64,000 nt of DNA, from the NCBI RefSeq assembly GCF_009914755.1, contig NC_060942.1, one strand, 5' to 3'. Below the pieces are notes generated by a model that had not been told where the DNA came from, did no database searches, and saw nothing but the letters and a program-made list of their open reading frames with translations. Shown here one piece after another: positions 32,236 through 49,938 of this stretch; within the stretch, counting starts at the first letter, position 1, and every line of letters starts with the position of its first letter. The DNA is from the human T2T-CHM13v2.0 reference genome, Homo sapiens. The translations under genes were made by a program, and so were the position numbers.

Positions 32236-33231
32236 CTACATCTTTCTTTCTGCCATCTTCACTCATCCAAAGGCAGGCTCCCCTCACGGTGACAAGATGT
32301 ACATGCTCTTTTAGGGTTCATATCCAACATGGCAGAATCCCAAGAAAAATACTCTATCTCCCTTAGAGAAAGGAAAACTTTCCAGAAGCCCCTAGTAGGC
32401 ATTTTCTCCCATCTCATTGGCTAAAATTGTATCCTGTGCACATCTGAACAACTACTGGAAAAGAAAATGGAACCACTGCAGCAGGGATTGTTAATTGCCC
32501 CTCAATATCCATCTCCCCCTCCTTCCTTTCTATGATAGAACTTCTCTGAATTGTATCTCCACACGTAATCACCAAGCTAGAAGCAACTTTTCCCATCCTC
32601 CCTTGCACCTAGGTGTGGTCATGTTACTACGTTCTGGCCAATAGGATATGAGTGGAAATGATGTGGGCAATTTGTAAATTTTTCTTTAAAAGAAGTTGTG
32701 TGCTCTCCACTGGCTCAATTCCTCCATTCTGGCTAATATGAAGATTTGGTGGTAGTAGGTCAGCTTCAAACATGAAGATGAGGGCAGCTCCCAAGGAGAT
32801 GACAGAGCCATGGGTAGAAGGAGCCTGGGGACCCAGGACATTTTCTTGATGCTCAGCCTCTCTATCCTCTTACACTGTAGGCTAGCTAGGAATTCTATCT
32901 GACAGAGAGGTCCACTCTATTTATTTTGGTGACTATTAAAGTAGTGGCAGGGGCCAGGCGTGGGCTCATGCCTGTAATCTCAGCACTTTGGGAGGCTGAA
33001 GCAGGCAGATCACTTGAGGTCAGGAGTTTGAGACCAGCCTGGTCAACATGGTGAAACCCCATCTCTACTAAAAATACAAAAATTAGCCAGGTGTGGTGAC
33101 AGGCGCCTGTAATCCCAGCTCTCAAGAAGCTGAGACATGAGAATCGCTTGAACCTGAGAGATAAAGGTTGCAGTGAGCCAAGATTGTGCCATTGCACTCC
33201 ATCTTAGGTGACACAGTGAGACTCTGTCTCA

Positions 33232-33639
<408 letters not shown>

Positions 33640-33644
33640 TTAGA

Positions 33645-33782
33645 CCAATGGTTCTCAAAGTATGATTACCATACTGAGAGCACCAGCATCACCCAGGAAC
33701 TTGTTGGAAATGTACATTCTTGGGTCTTGCCCCAGACCTACTGAATTGGAATGTCTGTGAATGGATCCCAGCAACCTGTTTT
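33645..33782 (+). mobile_element. MER5-type (hAT-Charlie) MITE fragment
   Basis: CAATGGTTCTCAAAGT...CAGCATCACCCAGGAACTTGTTGGAAATG...CCCAGACCTACTGAAT. Confidence 0.7.
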
Positions 33783-34105
33783 TTGTTTTGTTTGTTTTGT
33801 TTGAAACAAAGTGAGACCCTGTCTCAAAATAAATAAATAAAAGAAAAGAAAAAAGAAACTTAAAAAGAGAAGAGATGTAAGAAAATGGGAAGAGATAAAG
33901 TCAATAGGCGACATCATGAGAAATGAAGGTGCTAATTTAAAATCATAAATGCAAGGAAAGAGGAATTCAAAATAAGAACATAATTCTATTATTAGAAGGG
34001 GCTGGGTAAATGTGCATTAAATCTTCATTTTGCATAAAAAGAAAGTCAATAGATAGTTCCCGAAAATACTATATTAAGGCCAAACAAGGTGGTGCATGCC
34101 TCTAA

Positions 34106-34363
<258 letters not shown>

Positions 34364-34590
34364 TAGAGATGGGGTTTCACCATGTTGGCCAAGTTGGTCT
34401 CGAACTCCTGACCTCAGGTTATCCGCCCACCTCAGCCTCCCAAAGTGCTGGGATTACAGGCGTGAGCCACCGGGCCCAGCCAAAAAAATTATTATTATTT
34501 TTTAAATTAACCAGGCGTGATGATGGACGCTTGTAACCTCTCATCAGGCTTAGGTGGGAAGATGGATTGAGCTCAAGAATCTCAAAGTCA

Positions 34591-35075
<485 letters not shown>

Positions 35076-35991
35076 CTAGTTAAAAAGAATTTTCCCTTTG
35101 GGATGGGGACTGTGAGAGGAGAGCTATTGATTTTCATTATAAATCCTTCTGTACTATTTAATTTTTTTTTAACCTAGGGCATATATGCTTATAATGAACC
35201 ATTGAAAAATTATGCTTTCAGAGGGGCTATACACAAGGTGGGACAGAGTCCTCCCGCTCTGAGAGTCTCTTTGTGAAGGTCTGCTTTGTCCAGGAGGGGG
35301 TCACCAGAATGTTTGCAGAGCCTCCGCCAGCCCTGTCTCATGAGGCAGCTTTACAAATGGTCGGATGGGACAGGGTCTCTGACAAAAGGCCCTCTCCTCA
35401 TTGGCATAATCCTTTAGACAGCTGTACCGGGTGAATGGGAACCGCTCAGAGCAGTCTGTTGGCAGGCTTGCTGCTGTCACCTCTTGTAGAATTTCCTCTC
35501 GACCACCCTGCTCTCTCGTTCAGATGTCCAACACACAGCCTTAATGGGTAATGGATGTTTTCACCTGGAGAATCCTCCTCATTAGCCTCTCAGTTCTGAC
35601 CAGGAGGCTGAATGTTCACAACATGGAAAGTCATAATATTTCAACAATCATTGGCCCCAAAGCACTTGTTCAAACAGTAATAGTAGTTAGTATGTTGTAA
35701 GAAGATCAGTTAAACCATGTCTATGTCTTTACATTTAGCTGGTATGTTTCCTCCTACCATACTGTCCTGTTTGTGATTTACTCTGTACCCAAAAGCTGAT
35801 GTCAGACTCTCTGCTTTCAACACCAAGTAATTATGGGTGGAAATGGGGGAGGTTGAAGTGGTTTGGGAGTGGAGTGACATGTAAGGTAATAGCTTTCAGA
35901 TCATTTCCGGTGGCGCTTTGGTGTGCTACAAAGATACTTTCATTGAAATGTCCCAGGGATTGGTCCGGACCCTGGATCTTACCTCACTTGA

Positions 35992-36198
<207 letters not shown>

Positions 36199-36320
36199 TA
36201 GTAGAGATGGGGTTTTGCCATGTTGGCCAGTCTGGTCTGGAACTCCTGACCTCAAGTGATCTGCCCACCTCGGCCTCCCAAATTGCTGGGATTACAGGTG
36301 TGAGCCTCCGTGCCTGGCCA

Positions 36321-36716
36321 GCCCACTTAATCTTAAATGCAGTCTTTCACTTCATACAACACACAGGAGATAGGATGCAGCAAGTTAGAAAAATTACTCA
36401 TACCACCTCCCAGATGTGCAAAGAATTTAGAGTGCATTTTCCCTATGCTTGCTCATTTAGAAGCACATCTGCTCCTCTTCACCTCCCAGGTAGCAGGGGA
36501 AAGGCTAGATTTAATCTTGTTACAATATTTCCATTTCTTCTCATTGATACAGGCTTGTTTCAGTGTAAACATTTGGTCCATTTGAAGTTCAACTTCCCAC
36601 TAGTGCTAATGAAAATCTTTACCTGGTTGAGTAAATGTTTTCAGGTAAAATACTCTATCTCTCAAATTTAGTCTCCTCTTCCTCTTCCTTGACCTGGTAG
36701 AAAGGGCAGGACTTAC
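36321..36716 (-). repeat. Left arm of an inverted duplication (396 bp)
   Basis: Reverse complement of 37632-38036, with about 7 substitutions and one 9-bp indel. ORFs 36207..36671(+) and 37677..38081(-) share a nearly identical translation. Confidence 0.97.
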
Positions 36717-37289
36717 TATATCCTTGTGATGCCTGTAGGATAAAAGGGTTCCTGAGTGGTATGTTGTCTCAGGCCTCCTCTGGTCTCAGAGGCAATGCCC
36801 CATGCCTGCCTGATTACTGTTTGCTCTGCTGCTGTTGGGGGGTGAAATTTGCTGCTGGGATCATTCGTGGCTTGGTCAGTGCCCAGTGGGCTGTCTTCAG
36901 TAAAGTCACTCCCTCTGAGCCTATGCCACAACCCCCACCAAAACTCTCCCCCGTTGGAGCCACACAAGCTCCTGCTGTCAAGCCCTCTCGCTCTTGCCCT
37001 CTGGGGACCCAAAAGGCCCCTGGTCCTCAAGTCAGCCACCTCTGTGTCTTCCTCCATCCAAAAGACCTGCAGGAGCTTCTGAGCCTGGTGACACTTGCTG
37101 GGGACCAAGACCATCCTACTCCGCCCCAGCCACGCTGCATGACCTCATCTCAGCCCAAAAACAGACATTGGGAACATCTGACCATCCATCCCGTTCCCCC
37201 GCTCTTTTTGGCTACCTGCAGTGACCCCAGCAGCAGGGGCGGGAGTTGCCTGCCCTCTTCCAGCCTGGAAGAGCATCTGTCCTACGCTC

Positions 37290-37631
37290 CTCCTTCCGGG
37301 AGTGACTCCCGCCCGCATCTCGGGGTGGGAAGGGTTCAGGAAACACAGACCAGCTTATCTTAAGGAAGCCTGGTCGGGAATCTTTCAAAAACACATCTGT
37401 TACAAGGGGGAAAGACACCTCCAGGACAACAGTGATTTGCCTCAGCGGGGCAAAGGCCAGGCCTGACGGAAGAGCCCAGCCTTCGCCGAGGGCCGCAGGG
37501 AGCCAGAGACTCGAGCCTGCGGTTCCAGCCCCGCCGCGGTTCCGGCCCCGCCGCGATCCCGAGGCCTGCGCATGCTCGGTGCTGCGCGGGGCTCCCTCCT
37601 TACCGCAGGAGCTCCTCATCGAGAAACCCAG
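37290..37631 (+). promoter_or_regulatory. TGIF1: Small CpG-rich promoter and non-coding first exon ending at a strong 5' splice site; probably the distal TGIF1 promoter
   Basis: The only CpG-dense non-Alu stretch in the window. It has a GC box (CCCGCCC ~37308), an ETS-like TTCCGG (~37540), an NRF1-like TGCGCATGCTCG (37567-37578) and a consensus donor CAG|GTAAGT at 37631/37632. The gene assignment rests on recalled locus order, not on coding sequence in this window. Confidence 0.65.
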
Positions 37632-38036
37632 GTAAGTCCTGCCCCTTCTACCAGGTCAAGGAAGAGGAAGAGGAGACTAAATTTGAGAGATAGAGTATTT
37701 TACCTGAAAACATTTACTCAACCAGGTAAAGATTTTCATTATTTTCATTAGCACTAGTGGGAAGCTGAACTTCAAATGGACCACATGTTTACACTGAAAC
37801 AAGCCTGTATCAATGAGAAGAAATGGAAATATTGTAACAAGATTAAATCTAGCCTTTCCCCTGCTACCTGGGAGGTGAAGAGGAGCAGGTGCGCTTCTAA
37901 ACGAGCACGCATAGGGAAAATGCACTCTAAATTCTTTGCACATCTGGGAGGTGGTATGAGTAATTTTTCTAACTTGCTGCATCCTATCTCCTGTGTGTTG
38001 TATGAAGTGAAAGACTGCATTTAAGATTAAGTGGGC
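37632..38036 (+). repeat. Right arm of the inverted duplication (405 bp); the first 405 nt of the putative intron
   Basis: Begins GTAAGTCCTGCCCCTTCTACCAGG and ends TTAAGATTAAGTGGGC. It contains an extra tandem ATTTTCATT at ~37732-37749. Confidence 0.97.
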
Positions 38037-40420
38037 CCCCAGGACCTGGCACAGGCTGTGGTTCCTTATATCGAGTGGCATGACTGCATTCCGGCCTTTG
38101 CCGTTGACTCATTCTTTGCCCTTGTCAAGTTTCCTAGCCTGAGTCGGTTTTTCCCCTTCTCGTTAGAGCTGATGATAAAACAGACTTACCTAGCCAGGGC
38201 AACACAGGGAGACCCTGTCTCTACAAAAAATAAGAAAATAAAATATTAGCCGAGTGTGGCGTCACACGCCTGTAGTCCTATCTACTTGGGAAGCTGAGAC
38301 AGGAGGATCTCTTGAGCTCAGGAGTTCAAGACTGCAGTGAGCTGTGATGGCGTCACTGCACTCCAGCCTGGGCGACAAAACGAGGCTCTGTCCCCAAACA
38401 CCAAAAACCTCACAAGGCTCTTCCAGGTATGAGATAATATATTGAATGTCCCTTGGTGAATTCAGAAATGCTGGGGATAAAATATATGTAAATCTCAAAT
38501 ACATCCGGATTATTAATAGTGTAATGTCTACAAAGAAATGCTCATTGTCTCGCTAGCATTCTTTTATTTAATAGAGTAAAAAAGAATGAGGATTTTTAAA
38601 AAATTAAATTCACGGAACTGTTTTTATGTTAAAGGATGGGAACATGGCTTATGAATATTTTTATTCTTCTTGGCCCTGCCCTTGTACAATAAAGTTTGCT
38701 AACTACCATTATCTCATTTGCCACTCATTAATCCAGAGAGATTTATTTAGAATCATTAAAGTTTCTCACCCCAAAATCAGGTTGAGATTTGATTCGAATT
38801 TTATTAAACCTGACATCTTTATAATATTGAAACTTTCAGGAAAATGATAGTTTCCTTTGCTTATTCGAGTTGTTATTTTTCTCTGAGTAGATTTTGGAGT
38901 TCTCTTCATAGAGTCTAGTATTCTTTATAAAGATTATTCTTGAGAATTTTATAAGGTTTTTTTTTGGCCTGGACGGTGGCCAACGCCTGTAATCCTAGCA
39001 CTTTGGGATGCCAAGGCGGGAGGATCACTTGAACTCGGGAGTTCAAGACCAGCGTGGGCAACACAGGGAGACCTCGTCTCTATAATTTTTTCAATTAAAA
39101 CAAATTTTTTTTCTGATTACAAATGAGACTTTTCTCTCCTTCATGGTTTTAACTGTTTATAGAAGATATATCGTCAAGGGAATTATTTTTACAAATTCAT
39201 TCTATGGCTGCCGTAATAAAAATAACAAGAGTGATACAAAAAGTACAGTTGTATCTTAAAGTATTGAGCAGTTGCCAAATGGCAGGCACTATGTCGTGGG
39301 TTTTAAATGTATTTTCTCAGCAAATCTTCACAATAATCCTATAAATTAATTATAGTTATTATCCTAATGTGTAGATGAAAAAACAAGCCCAGTGAGATGA
39401 CGTAATTTGCCTAAGGTCACAGAGTTCATTACTAAGCACTAATTAATTCTCTTAGGTTTTCTAGATACACAATCGTATCATTTATACAAAAGGACAGTTT
39501 TGTCTCCTCTTCCCAAGGCTGTGTGTCCAATTTTTGTTCTACACTTTACTGAACTGGTCATAATTATATTACAATGTTAAGTAATTATTCTCACTTAAAT
39601 ACTTCTAAACCCTTTTCCATTCAGTGGATATGAGTATATGATGCTGCAGTCAATGGAAATAATGATCACAATAATCCCTAACACTTACTGTGAACCCAGG
39701 CAGTCTGAGTCTAGAATTGATATTCTCATTTACACAACTAATTCAAGAGCTACTGCACCTTATTATAGCATGTTCCAGGCCACTCTAGCATGATCCACAT
39801 GTTTCAAACCTTCTCCACCACCTCCCTTCAGTTTTCTGGCTTTGTAGCCAGAGTTCATCTCTAAGTCTAGCCCCAGTTGGGTTGGTGATCCTGTTTACCG
39901 TGAATCTAATCTTGTACTTTCTTATGACATACTTCTAGTAACGGTCCCTTGGCTCTACCCAGTGAACTTAAAGAGGTGACCCATCTGTGTCCTCTCTAGA
40001 CCTCAGAACCCCATCCTATTTAAGTCCAGTTTCCTTTTACCAACAGATGAAGTCTCTCTCAACATTCCTTTCAAATATCTTTGAAAACAGAAAATAAGGA
40101 ATTTCAAGAATTTTTTTTCATCAAAACCCCATAATATTCTATGCCAGCATGGTGGTGCACAGCTGTAGTCCAAGCTACTCTGAGGCTGAGATCAGAGGAT
40201 CACTTGAACCAGGAGTTCAAGGCCAGCCTGGGAAAAGTAAAGAGACCTCTCCTCCCCATGTCTCTAAAAAATAAAAATATTGAAAGACCCAATGTCCAAT
40301 GTCAGAAAGATCAAGGAGAAAGTGATACTTTTCTACACTACACTTCTAAATTCTTTCTAAAGGGCAATTTGACAATGCATGTAAAAAATTTTGCATATTC
40401 CTTGACTCAGAAATCTTACT

Positions 40421-42377
<1,957 letters not shown>

Positions 42378-42486
42378 AGAAATCTCACTCGGAATTTATC
42401 ATAAGTAAATCATTATGGATAAGCAAAAATATATTTTTATAAAGATGTTTATTTAAATACTATTTATAGTGGTTAAAATTTTGTAG

Positions 42487-42843
<357 letters not shown>

Positions 42844-43189
42844 TAAATAAATTCTACTACATCCAGAGAAATATTTCATTACATGGAAACGTTCATGATA
42901 CACTGTTAGATTAAAAAAGTATATCACAACTCAACATGTAAAGTATAATCCCATTTGTATTTATATAACTATATCTATTTTTGTCTATATAACTGTTATT
43001 GTAAATTTAGCTACCTATTCGTGTATATATCTATCATTGAGATCACACAAAACAAAAATAGATATTTCCAAATATTCATTTCTTAAAAATGGAATTATTA
43101 AGAAATATGTTATATTTCTTCTTTCTGTTCACTGTTTTCTGAATTTTCTACAATTGACATATATCACTTTTGGAATAGTAAAACGGTTA

Positions 43190-43348
<159 letters not shown>

Positions 43349-43519
43349 TTAGTTAAGCTAAAAGCAGAGATACAAAAAATATAGGGCTTACATATGATCG
43401 AAGTTGGTTTTTTTTTTTCCTCTCCCCAAATTGTCTATCGGTGAAGGGCCCAGTGTTACAATGAAGCTGTACTCCACAAAGTTACTCAGGGGTCCTGATT
43501 TTGTGCTGCTGTTATCTAG

Positions 43520-43592
43520 GTTGGTGTCTTTTCCACGTGGTAGAAGCTGGCTAACCTCCACTTCCACATTCCAGCCCAAGGGAAAGTCCAAG
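43520..43592 (+). other. Candidate 73-nt internal non-coding (5' UTR) exon within MLT1-like LTR sequence
   Basis: Acceptor TTTTGTGCTGCTGTTATCTAG|G and consensus donor AAG|GTAAGT, with no ATG inside. It is on the same strand as the donor at 37631. Confidence 0.55.
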
Positions 43593-43733
43593 GTAAGTAG
43601 ATATTTCTTTAAGGGGGATGACCTGGAAGTTGCACACTTCATTTTCACTCACCATTGGCTTGAACCTAGTCATGTGACCACATCAGTCAAGAAGGCAGGC
43701 TGCGATCTATAGTCTCCAGCTGTCAGCCATGTA

Positions 43734-44039
43734 CAGTTGTCCCTTGGTATCCATGGGGGATTGGTTCCAGGATGCTACCTCAGAAATTAAAATGTGCAAA
43801 TGCTCAAGTTCATTATATAAAATGGCATAGTATTTGCATATAACCTGTGCATACCCACCTGCATACTTGTAATCATCTTTAGATTACTTATAATATCTAA
43901 TACAATGTGAATGCTATATAAATAGTTGTTATACTGTATTATTCAGTACAGATGCAACTATAGTAGGCCTAACTACATTTTCTATCCACAGTTGGTTGAA
44001 TCTGCACATACAGAACCCATGGAAACCCAGGGCCAACTG
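43734..44039. mobile_element. MER2 (TcMar-Tigger) MITE
   Basis: Terminal inverted repeats CAGTTGTCCCTTGGTATCCATGGG ... CCCATGGAAACCCAGGGCCAACTG, preceded by TA. Confidence 0.88.
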
Positions 44040-44133
44040 TGTGTGTGTGTGTGTATTCAGCTAAAATTTAGGGGGAAAGGATTATTACTAAAGATGAGTA
44101 GGAATAGTGAGAGATGGACTCATTGGACTCTTA

Positions 44134-44325
<192 letters not shown>

Positions 44326-44328
44326 TCA

Positions 44329-44433
<105 letters not shown>

Positions 44434-45272
44434 TCAAAAAAAATTTAAAAATAAATAAAAATGTACAATAGTTATAATACTGTGATTCTGGCACAGGAAT
44501 AAATAAAAAGATTAGGACAACCATAAATACACTGGAATTCATATAAGATTAAAGCATATAAGTTAAGATGGAGGAAAATAAACTCAATAATGTTGAGAGA
44601 ATTGGAAAACCATTTGGAAAAAACAAAGTTAGATTAAATGACAAAATTCATTCCACATAAAAACTTAACTTTCTGTAGGGAAATATAGATGAAAATGGCA
44701 ACCAGATTATGACCCCTGCTTTAGTTGGTCCCCCATTCGACAGATTTCTGGACCTTATTGAGAATAATTATCTTTTCCTTGACCTTCAGCAACCAGAACT
44801 GCAAACCATACACCACATATAGAAGACACCACGCTTGTATTGGGTCAGGAGAATGCTTTTTATTTTTGTGTGTTTGTTGGTTAGTTGGTTGGTTAGTTGG
44901 TTTTTTCTATCCTTTCTTTTGAAGCAGTCTTTTTTATGTTGATCTTCTTTTTGTTGATCTTCTTTATTGATAGATAAAATGTACAAAACTAATAATCCAC
45001 ATAATGACTTCTAATTTCCATCACTGGACTACCCTTGGTGTGTATCTGATTCTATATGCTCCATATAAAAATTAGTCTCCAACTCAACAAGAAAAAAGCA
45101 GGCTGGGCACGGTGGCTCACGCCTGTAATCCCAGCACTGTGGGAGGCCAAGGCGAGTGGATCACCTGAGGTCAGGTGTTCAAGACCAGCCTGGCCAACAT
45201 AGCAAAACCCCTCCTCTACTAAAAATACAAAAATTAGCTGGGCATGGTGGTGCCTGCCTGTAATCCCAGCTA

Positions 45273-45380
<108 letters not shown>

Positions 45381-45464
45381 TCAAAAAAAAAAGGAAAAAG
45401 AAAAAAGGAAAATAACCTGATTTAAACACGGGTTTGTAATCATGTAAATGCTCAATTAAAATCA

Positions 45465-45611
<147 letters not shown>

Positions 45612-45859
45612 TCATGCTTGATGGTGGGTGCCTGTCATCCCAGCTACTCAGAGGAGGCTGAGGCAGAAGAATCACTTGAATCCAGGAGGTGGAGTTTGCA
45701 GTGAGCCAAGATCGCGCCACTGCACTCCAGCCTGGGCAACAGAGTGAGACTCCCTCTCAAAAAAAAAATAATATTAATAAAACCAAACAAGAAAGAAAAA
45801 GAGTGGAAAACAAAAAGGAAACAAAGAATAAGAGCAATGAAATAAAATAAACTACAATT

Positions 45860-46100
45860 AAGGTACATGTTAATCCAACTATATCAATGATCACTTTAAA
45901 TGTGAATGATCTAAATACATTAATTAAAAGACAGAGACTATCAGAGTGGATAAAATAACATCACCCAACTATACGTTGTTTACAAGAAACTCACTTTAAA
46001 TATGCAGGCACAGGTGAAAAGTAAAAGGATGAATACAGAGATGCCACACTAACACTAATCAAAAGAAAGCTATGGTAGCTATGTTAATTTCAGACAAATT
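45860..46100 (+). mobile_element. L1 fragment, start of ORF2 (endonuclease region)
   Basis: TATCAATGATCACTTTAAATGTGAATGATCTAAA...CAGAGTGGATAAAA...CCCAACTATACGTTGTTTACAAGAAACTCAC translates as SMITLNVN..L..IKR..W...CLQETH. Confidence 0.8.
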
Positions 46101-46357
46101 ATCTCCTGCAATATCTTGGAAGACAGTTCACATGTCAGGCCCTTAGCCCTTAGTTCTAGGAGGGGTGTTTAAGAAATATCAATGTTTATGTATTTTGACT
46201 GCTTTTTGCTGCTTTTAGCCAAGTTCTGTAAGACTGATGAACCAAAGCAAGAATTAGCCAGTTAGAAAGCAGACTAGAATGGAATACATTTCCTCACAGG
46301 AGGAGTTTGACAGTGTGACTTGGTTCTAATCAATGGGATGTGAGGAGAAATTATATA

Positions 46358-48680
<2,323 letters not shown>

Positions 48681-49710
48681 TATATCACATATTGTACTAT
48701 TGAAAAAATAGGCATGGCTGGGCGTGGTGGCTCAGGCCTCTAATCCCAACACTTTGGGAAGCTGTGGCAGGAGGGTCCCTTGAGCCCAGAGTTCTCAACC
48801 AGCCTGGGCAACATAGTGAGACCCCGTCTCTACAAAAAAAAGTTTTAAGGCTGAGCGCAGTGGCTCACGCTTGTAATCCCAGCACTTTGGGAGGCCAGGG
48901 CGGGCAGATCACGAGGTCAGGACATCGAGACCTTCCTGGCTAACACGGCGAAACCCCGTCTCTACTAAAAAAATACAAAAAATTAGCCGGGCTTGGTGTC
49001 GGGCGCCTGTGATCCCAGCTACTCAGGAGCTACTGAGGCAGGAGAATGTCGTGAACCCAGGAGGCGGAGCTTGCAGTGAGCAGAGATCGCGCCACTGCCC
49101 TCCAGCCTGCACAACAGAGCGAGACTCCCATCTCAAAAAAAAAAGAGTTTTAAAAATTAGCCGGGTGTGGTGGTGCACACTTGCAATCCCAGCTACTCGG
49201 GAGACTAAGGCAGGAGGATCATTGGAGCCCAGGAGGTCAAGGCTGCAGTGAGCTATGATCACACCACTGCACTCCAGCCTGGGTGACAGAGCAGTGCTCT
49301 GTCTCAAAAACAACAAAACAAAAAAAGGCACACCTGCCCTCGTTTCTTCCTCTCTTTCCAGTGGCCTAAATGTTGAGAGGTAGAGAGAATTAAAGCAGCT
49401 ATCTTAAACTAAAGAGGGCAGCCACGATGGAGTGACAATACAGAAGGGGTCTGCGTCACCAACATTGTGGCGCTTCCGCAGCCCTGGAGTGCTTATGTTC
49501 ACACTGTGACACAGAGACAAGTCAAATTCTTTCATGTTTATTTGGGTCTATGTGAGAGCAACTCAAGCTGCGACCTAATTAATGTAGGTTTATGATCAAG
49601 TACATATCTCATTGTATTGTAGCTATTTCTCTAATTATGATTATTTTATTATAAGTAATCATCAGTAATAATATCAGCAAAGTAAGTTTTTTTTGTTGTT
49701 TTTTTTTAAT

Positions 49711-49800
49711 GTCAGATGGGTAATGTGCCAAGATTTGAGGGAGGCATATCTCACACGAGAGTGTGAAAACACAATCATCATGTTATTAACTACAAAGGAT
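49711..49800 (-). pseudogene. U13 snoRNA (SNORD13) retropseudogene with A-tail
   Basis: The reverse complement ATCCTTTGTAGTTAATAACATGATGATTGTGTTTTCACAC...GTGTGAGATATGCC...GGCACATTACCCATCTGAC matches U13 with boxes C and D. It has an internal deletion and a T-run at 49687-49707. Confidence 0.88.
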
Positions 49801-49938
49801 CACATGCAGTTAAGTTTTTACTGTAATCCATGGGTGGGAAGTTCAGCCACACCTTGCAGGATCTGAAACAGGAAATAGAGAAGCCATCAGTAACTGAGGT
49901 CATTCTCATATCAGCTTCTGCAAACCAGATTTCTCTCC

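Noticed and set aside
36761-37363. 200-aa Pro/Ser-rich ORF and overlapping ORFs in the spacer and CpG region
   Set aside because: Stop-poor GC-rich promoter DNA, non-ATG start and no recognisable domain.
36207-38081. Pair of near-identical ORFs on opposite strands suggesting a duplicated gene
   Set aside because: They only reflect the inverted duplication. One starts inside an Alu and the peptide resembles no known protein.
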